From Lysobacterales bacterium (GTDB lineage: Bacteria > Pseudomonadota > Gammaproteobacteria > Xanthomonadales > SZUA-38): a stretch of 64,000 nucleotides of DNA. Location: contig JANQOZ010000004.1 of NCBI GenBank assembly GCA_028285525.1, positions 3,329 through 67,328 of the forward strand. The letters are read 5' to 3'. Each line of letters opens with the position of its first letter. The first letter of the stretch is position 1. The notes below the pieces were generated by a model, which saw nothing but the letters and a program-made list of their open reading frames with translations, was not told the DNA's origin and made no database searches. A program made the translations under genes and the position numbers. Positions 46,078-52,916 of this stretch are shown piece by piece.

Positions 46078-47400
46078 CTACTGGTCGCAGGCTGTGGCCG
46101 TCAGGAACCCATCTTGCAGCGGCCTGAAATTGAGGTCGTAGTTGTTTCTGCAGATCAGTGAGTCTGGAGTGCCGGTTAACTTGTCGCTGTTGTCGAAGAA
46201 CACCAGTTGGGAGCCGGCAGTGCCAATAGCCCCGAGACCAGTTACCTCGAAGAGTACCGAGTTGAAGCCGAAAGCCGTAGCGAGGCGCGACCGCTGAAAC
46301 CGGGGACTACCATTGATGGCCAGCTGCACGGAGCGCTGTCCACCGCAGATGATACTGTCGTAAACCTCGGGTGATGACTCCGAAAGGAACATGCCGATTC
46401 CCGTACTCGAGCTGCCGGAGCAGGAGAGCTCCGAGCCTCCCCCACCTAGGAAAGTCGAGTCGTAGATGAGCGCCTGCGGAAATCCGGCGGCCGCATTGAC
46501 GCTGGCCAGCCCGGCATTGACGTTAGTAGCTCCCTCCGCTTGCGCTCGGACCCGGCGGATCGTCGGCGCAGCGTCCAGCAGATAAATTGCGGTGTGGCCA
46601 ACTCCACCGACATCGTCAAGGATCACGTTGACGTCTTCAAGCACCGTGCTGAGCGTGACGTCGACTGACATGAATACGCCGATGGAAATAGCCGAGTTCC
46701 CGCGGTTTCTGACGGTCAAGCCGCTGACTTGCGCAGCATCAAGAAGCCGCACGGTCGCCGCATCGGCGGTTTGCGTCCCAGCAGTCCGTTCGCTGACGAT
46801 GGTAGTTGCCTGAATACCGCTGCCTCGCAGTTGCACGTTTCCCGGCACCTCCACCAGGTCAGTCTCCGTAAACTCGCCAGGACCTACCTGCACCAGGTAG
46901 GAGTTTTCCGGGCTGGCGTCGGAGATGCTGTTCAGCGCCGCGGCGACGGATGAGAAATCTCCGCCGACCGTTGCCACCGTGATGAGATTGCCGATAGCCA
47001 GCGTTTCGGCCACGCCAGCGCTCAGTGCGTAGAGGCTGGCGGGAGAAGGTGCGAGCTTGGTCCTAGGCGTGAGTGGCGTAAAAAGCGCGATCTGCCTGCC
47101 GTCGCGAACGCCGACCTCCAGCCAAAGCTGTTCGTCGCTGATACCCGTGAGCCCAAAGTCCAGCTCGATGGAAAAAATACCGTCAACAACGTCTACATCC
47201 TCGACCACCACGGCGGGCGCCAGGGCTGAACCGTTTTCGGCAACGTCAAACAGGGACACCTCAAAATCGAAGGTACCGTTGGCCGGGCGCCCCAGCTGAT
47301 TGAGCTGGCCCTGATAGGTGAAAGCGGTCTCCAGGGGTGCTGCGGAAGCTAAACTCATCACGCACAGCCCGGCGATGAGACAAAGGTAAGTCCGTTTCAT
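46078..47400 (-). CDS. exported fibre/adhesin-like protein: N-terminal YQG module + beta-helix-like C-terminal region
   Basis: 440 aa. Signal peptide MKRTYLCLIAGLCVMSLASA and SD aaggaggg. N-terminus AAPLETAFTYQGQLNQLGRPANGTFDFEVSLFDV... is paralogous to 42738..44150. Confidence 0.75.
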   Translation of the reverse strand: MKRTYLCLIAGLCVMSLASAAPLETAFTYQGQLNQLGRPANGTFDFEVSLFDVAENGSALAPAVVVEDVDVVDGIFSIELDFGLTGISDEQLWLEVGVRDGRQIALFTPLTPRTKLAPSPASLYALSAGVAETLAIGNLITVATVGGDFSSVAAALNSISDASPENSYLVQVGPGEFTETDLVEVPGNVQLRGSGIQATTIVSERTAGTQTADAATVRLLDAAQVSGLTVRNRGNSAISIGVFMSVDVTLSTVLEDVNVILDDVGGVGHTAIYLLDAAPTIRRVRAQAEGATNVNAGLASVNAAAGFPQALIYDSTFLGGGGSELSCSGSSSTGIGMFLSESSPEVYDSIICGGQRSVQLAINGSPRFQRSRLATAFGFNSVLFEVTGLGAIGTAGSQLVFFDNSDKLTGTPDSLICRNNYDLNFRPLQDGFLTATACDQ

Positions 47401-47412
47401 AGTAAGCCCTCC

Positions 47413-47700
47413 TTACTCAAATCCATTCGCGAAAATCAGCTCCGGGCGCACAACGTTTTCCTGAGCCCAGAATCCGGCGCGCACCGTAAAGTCGCCGCCG
47501 GCGGACTCCTGCGTTGCTGGCTGCCCGGCCGTGCCGGTCAGCACAAAGTCTCCCCCCGCGGCCTGTCCGCCGCCGCCGGCGATTACGCTGCGCCGAATGT
47601 CAAAGCCACCACCGCTTTGGGCAAAGGCTCCGGCAGTAAGAACCGTTCCGCCCGCCAGAAGCAGGGCAGACAGATGGTGGAGCGCACTCTGCTTGTTCAT
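47413..47700 (-). CDS. small exported Gly-rich repeat protein with C-terminal FANGFE tag
   Basis: 95 aa. SD gggaga and signal peptide ending AFA-Q. Three GG[GD]F-x-[ILV] repeats. Ends ELIFANGFE. Lies 12 nt upstream of, and is co-oriented with, 46078..47400. Confidence 0.65.
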   Translation of the reverse strand: MNKQSALHHLSALLLAGGTVLTAGAFAQSGGGFDIRRSVIAGGGGQAAGGDFVLTGTAGQPATQESAGGDFTVRAGFWAQENVVRPELIFANGFE

Positions 47701-47873
47701 GGTTTTCTCCCTGTCTATGTGTCAGCTTCGATCATGTCGCATAGCCGCCAGAAAGCTTGAACATTTCCTAACGAAGTCATGACGGGACAGCGAATTCGCG
47801 ATAAATCAGTGCCTTGGCACGATTCCGGCTATACTCGACGGGTCGAATCTCAGGAACTAAAAGGGGCTGTTTC

Positions 47874-49199
47874 GTGCGGATCGGGAATAGGAAAAAGCTG
47901 CCTTGGAAGGCCGCGTTGCTGGCGCTGGCCGTGTCGGCCGGCGCGGCTCACGGCGGAGAATCGGCGGGATTCTGCGATGGGGTCACGCCTCCGGCGCCGG
48001 ATGCGTTCGAGCCTAATAACACCTTCGAAACGGCTTTTCCGATTGCGCCATACACTGAGTTTTCGCAGGTACAAAACTTCAGTGACGATACCGACGTGGA
48101 CTGGTTTTTCTTTCGAGCCTTCGACTTTGCCAGCACTGGCAACGTGTACCCCATAAGTTTCAGGAGCCCGCCTTTTGGCTCGGGTATTTCGATGACCACG
48201 ACCGAGCCTTTTCAAGGTGCCGGTGTATTTATTCGAATTTTCCAGGTCGACGGCAGCAACCTAACCGAAATTGTCCCGCCGGTCGGAGATCCGGGGACGC
48301 TCGAGCTCATCGACCAGGGCTGCATCTTCGAGCCATTTGATATTGAATTCCGTTTCGACACGACGAGCGACTACGCCATCTCGCTCAGCCAGTGTCGAAA
48401 CGAGGGTCTGGACGTGAACGGAAACATGATTGCCGACAACGAGGAATACTGTATCCCGGATGATCCGAGTTTCGGCTTGCATCTGATTCGCCCTGAGATT
48501 TTTATATCGGGTGAGCTTACCGGGACTGTTACTGACGCTATCACTATGCAGCCAATTCCGTTGGCGGCGGTTATTGGCGGAAATGTTGGCTTAACCGCCT
48601 ACAGCAATCCAGCTAATGGCGTTTATTCGGGTATTGCATCGCAAGTCACGGGAGCGACTGCGACCGTGTTTCGACAGGGTTATGTGTCTAGAAACATTCA
48701 GTTTGATTTGGTCCAGGATCAAATAACCCCCTGCGACATCCCACTGATGCCCGAAGGGGTTAGCATGGATTCAGACCTGACGATTAGTAGCCTCAACACA
48801 AGCTCCAACGAGATGTTCTTTGGTGAGTCGTTTAGCGTTAGCACCCAAATCAGTAACAGCGGTGCCGGTGCCTCACCAGCAACCGCGCTGCGCTTCTACC
48901 TCTCGAACGATGCCACGATCGATACCAGCGACACCGAGATCGGCAGCAGCATGATCGCGGGCATCATGGCGGGGCAGATTTCGCCCAACACGTCTTCCGT
49001 CCAGGCCCCGGAGAGCGAAGGCAGCTTCTTCTTTGGTGCGTGCGTGGACACGGTCGATGGTGAAAGCAACGCCACCAATAACTGCTCTGCCTCGGTGCCG
49101 CTCACCATCAACTACCGCTTCCGCGACGGTTTCGAAACGCCGACGGCTCAGCCTGCAGCGCTTCCCAAAGGCGACCCGGCAGCCTGTACACTGCTGTAG
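47874..49199 (+). CDS. exported multidomain protein (PPC-like, carboxypeptidase-regulatory-like and CARDB-like domains)
   Basis: I prefer the GTG at 47874 after aagggg (VRIGNRKKLPWKAALLALAVSAGAAHG). PDAFEPNNTFETAFPI...DDTDVDWFFF is a pre-peptidase C-terminal-like motif. CARDB-like DLTISSLNTSSNEMFFGESFSVSTQISNSG. FRDGFE lies 20 aa before the stop. Confidence 0.75.
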   Translation: MRIGNRKKLPWKAALLALAVSAGAAHGGESAGFCDGVTPPAPDAFEPNNTFETAFPIAPYTEFSQVQNFSDDTDVDWFFFRAFDFASTGNVYPISFRSPPFGSGISMTTTEPFQGAGVFIRIFQVDGSNLTEIVPPVGDPGTLELIDQGCIFEPFDIEFRFDTTSDYAISLSQCRNEGLDVNGNMIADNEEYCIPDDPSFGLHLIRPEIFISGELTGTVTDAITMQPIPLAAVIGGNVGLTAYSNPANGVYSGIASQVTGATATVFRQGYVSRNIQFDLVQDQITPCDIPLMPEGVSMDSDLTISSLNTSSNEMFFGESFSVSTQISNSGAGASPATALRFYLSNDATIDTSDTEIGSSMIAGIMAGQISPNTSSVQAPESEGSFFFGACVDTVDGESNATNNCSASVPLTINYRFRDGFETPTAQPAALPKGDPAACTLL

Positions 49200-49557
49200 A
49201 AGTGACTGGCCTAGTGACTGACTTGGAGATCGGCATTACTCAGATGCTGAAAGGGAGCGCCAACAAAGACCTCGGGTCGCTGCTGTCTATGAACAAGTGC
49301 GTCTACATAGAAACAACGGATCGCATGATCGGTTGAATCAAGTATGAAAGGGCGTTAGGGCGCAATGCGGTCTCATCGATGGAGATTAAACCTTGCGTAT
49401 TTGCTTCCTAAAGGTGACCGAATTGTTCGGTGCGCGGGATCTGACGCTAACTAAGGTCGGTTGTTTCTCAGCGCAATCCGTTCACAAATATCCTAACGAC
49501 AGATGCTCGTGAGAATCAAAGCCGAGTAGAGTTACTTCAACGCTTCGTGTCACTTTT

Positions 49558-50364
49558 TCAGAACCCGGTGATAACGTAATTGGCCCATGAGAAGTCTTGG
49601 GCCTCTCCAGATGTACCGTTTGCGTTCGCATCAATTAACGGCGTCTGTATAGGAATGCCTACTTGTGTTAACCCAGCCGCTACGGTGAAGGCATCTGATA
49701 CGGTTCGCCGCGCAAGCAATCCTTCAAGGAAGCGCATTTCAAAAGAAACAGAGCCGCGAGCAATGTAGTAGGAAGGATTATCTTCACCTGCTGCAGTCAT
49801 GATGGTTGGAGAGACCCATGTGCCGGAGGACCATGTCGGGAATATCCCAGCTGATCTCGCTTGGAACGTTGAGAGTAAACCCCCTCCAAAACAGGAGCCT
49901 ACAAGCATCGTCACTTTGCCCGTTACCCGTTGTTGCAAGTCAATTACTAGGTCGCTCAGATCCGTGAACAAAAGACTTTCCGACGAGTTTAGGCGGATTG
50001 AGGTGCTGCCTCCATGAGCGACGATAAACACAAAAACGTCTTTTGTTGTCGGTGGAACACCTGCGAACGCCGAAAAAACACTGGCGAGGTTCGCCAACCC
50101 GTCCGCGTTGGCAATCGAACTATCGTTTACCAAATAAATTATGTCTGAGGAAGAAAAGCCTAAGTCACGGAATGTTTGGAAACCGAAAGTCGCAATACGC
50201 CTTCGAGTATCAATTAGCGAGTCAGAACCGGGAGGGCCCGAACCTTCCACCCCGCTGTCGATAATCAAGACCTGTGACTGAGCAGAAGCGACGTTTAGCA
50301 CGCTTGTCGCAATTCCCAAAATCATACATAACGCGCAAAGGTATAGTTGTGTTTTGGTGTTCAT
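49558..50364 (-). CDS. exported legumain-like cysteine peptidase (family C13, clan CD)
   Basis: The ATG at 50364 overlaps the upstream stop (ATGA). Signal peptide present. VFIVAHGG and MLVGSCFGG are 41 residues apart, matching the His/Cys dyad spacing of legumain as I recall it. The gene is about 50% GC. Confidence 0.7.
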   Translation of the reverse strand: MNTKTQLYLCALCMILGIATSVLNVASAQSQVLIIDSGVEGSGPPGSDSLIDTRRRIATFGFQTFRDLGFSSSDIIYLVNDSSIANADGLANLASVFSAFAGVPPTTKDVFVFIVAHGGSTSIRLNSSESLLFTDLSDLVIDLQQRVTGKVTMLVGSCFGGGLLSTFQARSAGIFPTWSSGTWVSPTIMTAAGEDNPSYYIARGSVSFEMRFLEGLLARRTVSDAFTVAAGLTQVGIPIQTPLIDANANGTSGEAQDFSWANYVITGF

Positions 50365-51074
50365 AGACTTAGTTGGAAACACGTGTTACCGAATCCGTCA
50401 AAAAGCTCGTTGAACAAGCCATTACCATTCGCATCTATGACCAGTCCCGACGAGTTGTAGATAAACAGTTGGGCATTGCGCGCAGAGAGAGCCGCTTCCT
50501 TCACACAATCACCTGCCAAGATTCCTGTGAAGAGTAGGTGAGCTACTGTATCAAGTCCAAGAAAACCAGCTCGGTAACCTTGCTGGTTAGCGACTAAGTA
50601 AGGGGCATCGCTTGGCCCAGTTCCGAAGGCGAGTTGTTCGACAAATCTGTGCGTGTTTGGCCCGTCGTGTATCACCGTTAAACTGTTCGAGATCCGGGTT
50701 TTCGCGACAATTAGTCTCGACCGCATCAACGATGCCGTATACGTCTGTGGGTTCAAGAATAGTAGGTCGCCGTTATTTGCCGTCGGCGCCAATATCAACA
50801 GCACTGCGTTGTCAGCGTTGATGAATTGTGTCATCAGGCTGTAATCCAAGGACCTGAAAGATGGCCGAACTAGAGTTCGGACGCTCGAAAAACCGTTCCG
50901 CTTCAGAACCTTGGAAGCGTGGTTTGCGACATGCAGATAAACGTCTTCTCCGCCAAAAGTATTACCACCGACGACGATCAAGGCCTTATTGTTTGCGCCA
51001 GTAGCTGCGACGCTTACCGAAAAAAGCAGTGTCGCTAACAAAATGGTTTTTTGCATTGCTTTCCTTATGAACAT
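50361..51074 (-). CDS. exported C13-peptidase-like paralogue lacking the His/Cys dyad (probable pseudo-peptidase)
   Basis: 237 aa with a signal peptide. Collinear with 49558..50364, but has LLILAPTANNG in place of VFIVAHGG and LTVIHDGPN in place of MLVGSCFGG. Shares the C-terminal IDANGNG loop. Confidence 0.6.
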   Translation of the reverse strand: MFIRKAMQKTILLATLLFSVSVAATGANNKALIVVGGNTFGGEDVYLHVANHASKVLKRNGFSSVRTLVRPSFRSLDYSLMTQFINADNAVLLILAPTANNGDLLFLNPQTYTASLMRSRLIVAKTRISNSLTVIHDGPNTHRFVEQLAFGTGPSDAPYLVANQQGYRAGFLGLDTVAHLLFTGILAGDCVKEAALSARNAQLFIYNSSGLVIDANGNGLFNELFDGFGNTCFQLSL

Positions 51075-51392
51075 GTTTCGGGCGAAGGTTTCATTCGCGA
51101 GCTTTCGCGTGCAACTGCCGATTTCGCGAAGGGTAGCAGTAAAAACAAAAACCTAGCAATATTTAAGCCCGATAAAGTTGGGTGTCGGTACCGACGGGGT
51201 GCCCCACCAGATGCTAGAGCGATCGTTCATCGACCACCACGGTTACGGAGCGAATTCAAAGCGTTGGTGCGGCTATCTGCCAAAACAACAGACTTGCTCG
51301 CTGGGCAGAGGCTTTTGCTTTCCCTAAGCTAGTGTTCAAGTTGCGAAGTCTCGTGAAGAACCCAGCCAACTCCCTGAACTAGTTATCCGTCA

Positions 51393-52898
51393 GTGAAACC
51401 GTTGGTCCTACAGTTTTGTGCGGTCCTTTTGCTTGCCGGGTGCGCCGGCCTCGAGCCGGTTTCGCTGGCGCCGGAGTTTACGCCGTCCCCGGCCGAGGCT
51501 CCGGTTTGGAACGAGGTAGCGTCGGCGAGAGACGGAAGCTGGTATCAGCTGCTCAACACCGGCCCGGCAGCCCTCGACTGGCGGCTGCATGCTATCGACT
51601 CGGCCACTGAAAGTCTGAGCTTTCAAACTTTTCTCTGGCATTTCGACACCGCGGGTTCGCTCATGCTGGATCGCCTGCTGGCAGCCGCGGACCGCGGCGT
51701 GCGGGTTCGGGTGCTGGTCGACGATACGTTCCTGGTACACCAGGATCGGCTGCTGCTGGCGCTGGCCGAACATCCAAACCTTGAGTACCGGGTGTACAAC
51801 CCGTTCAAGCGGCGGGGCGGAGGGCTGGCGACGCGTCAGCTGCTGAACCTGGCTGAGTTTCGCCGGCTCGACCATCGCATGCACAACAAGGTGATGGTGG
51901 TAGACAACCGAATCGCCATTGTCGGCGGTCGGAACATTGCTGACGAGTACTTTGGCCTCGACAACGAAGCAAACTTTCGCGATCTCGAGCTCATTGCCGG
52001 CGGTAACGTGGTGCAGGAGATCAGCGAGGCGTTCGACGACTACTGGAACGATCGCTGGTCGTTTCCCATCGATCGGCTATCACACGAGCAGGCCTCGCCG
52101 GAGGCGCTTGAGGCAGCAAGGTCAGAGGGAGTAAACGCGAACGATCTCCACCAGGAGGACGCTCCCGAGATACAGCGTGAGCGCTGGCTTTCGCTGGCGC
52201 GGTCGGCACATGAAGGCATGGCCGAGCTCATTGTCGATGCACCCGCCCACGACAACCCCGCCAGCGCCGCGGACGCCCCGGTGGCTGTGGCCGATCGCTT
52301 GATCGAACTGTTCGACAGCGCCCAGCAAGAGATCGTGATGGTCTCAGCTTATCTGATCCCGACGCCCGAGCTGGAGGGAGCCATCGCCCGCGCCGTGGAA
52401 CGCGGTGTTGCCGTGCGAATGCTGACCAACTCGATCCGTTCGAATAATCACCTCGCGGCACACAGCGCTTACCGTAATCATCTGAAGGGCTTGCTGGGTA
52501 TGGGTGCAGCGCTCCACGAAGTTCGGATTGACGCTGAGGATCGGCCGAAATACATGCTCAAACCGGTCGGCGCGAAACAGCTTGCCCTGCATGCAAAGGC
52601 CCTGCTGTTCGATTCCGATAAGGTGTTTATCGGCAGCGCTAATCTCGATCCGCGCTCGTTGCGGATCAACACCGAGATGGGGCTGCTGATCACCAGCGAA
52701 TCGCTAAACCAGCAGCTCCGCCAGGATCTGGAAGTCGACTTTTCACTGGCCAACGCCTGGCGGCTGACCCTGCAGGACAACGGCCGGGTCAGTTGGACCT
52801 CAAGCGACAGGACGCTCCAGTCTCAGCCGGCCGGTTCTTTTATGCAGCGGCTGGAAGACTGGATGCTTTCGCACCTGCCGCTGGAAAACGAAATGTAG
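51393..52898 (+). CDS. phospholipase D / cardiolipin synthase-family lipoprotein (two HKD motifs)
   Basis: GTG start and lipobox LLLAGCAG. HKD1 HNKVMVVDNRIAIVGGRNIADEY and HKD2 HAKALLFDSDKVFIGSANLDPRS. Confidence 0.9.
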   Translation: MKPLVLQFCAVLLLAGCAGLEPVSLAPEFTPSPAEAPVWNEVASARDGSWYQLLNTGPAALDWRLHAIDSATESLSFQTFLWHFDTAGSLMLDRLLAAADRGVRVRVLVDDTFLVHQDRLLLALAEHPNLEYRVYNPFKRRGGGLATRQLLNLAEFRRLDHRMHNKVMVVDNRIAIVGGRNIADEYFGLDNEANFRDLELIAGGNVVQEISEAFDDYWNDRWSFPIDRLSHEQASPEALEAARSEGVNANDLHQEDAPEIQRERWLSLARSAHEGMAELIVDAPAHDNPASAADAPVAVADRLIELFDSAQQEIVMVSAYLIPTPELEGAIARAVERGVAVRMLTNSIRSNNHLAAHSAYRNHLKGLLGMGAALHEVRIDAEDRPKYMLKPVGAKQLALHAKALLFDSDKVFIGSANLDPRSLRINTEMGLLITSESLNQQLRQDLEVDFSLANAWRLTLQDNGRVSWTSSDRTLQSQPAGSFMQRLEDWMLSHLPLENEM

Positions 52899-52916
52899 CT
52901 CAACGCCACGCGCCGC

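Noticed and set aside
47815-47829. Sigma-54-like TGGCAC element upstream of the PPC/CARDB gene
   Set aside because: TGGCAC is followed after 5 nt by CGGC rather than the TTGC(A/T) -12 element. No enhancer-binding protein gene is nearby. It is probably a chance match.
49200-49557. Non-coding gaps in the low-GC islet (49200-49557 and 51075-51392), checked for tRNA genes, IS ends, attachment-site repeats and small ORFs
   Set aside because: I found only a 12-bp palindrome (gtcggtaccgac, near 51185), a short repeated gtgactg, and a 30-codon ORF without SD or conservation clues. Nothing supports calling a mobile element or RNA gene.
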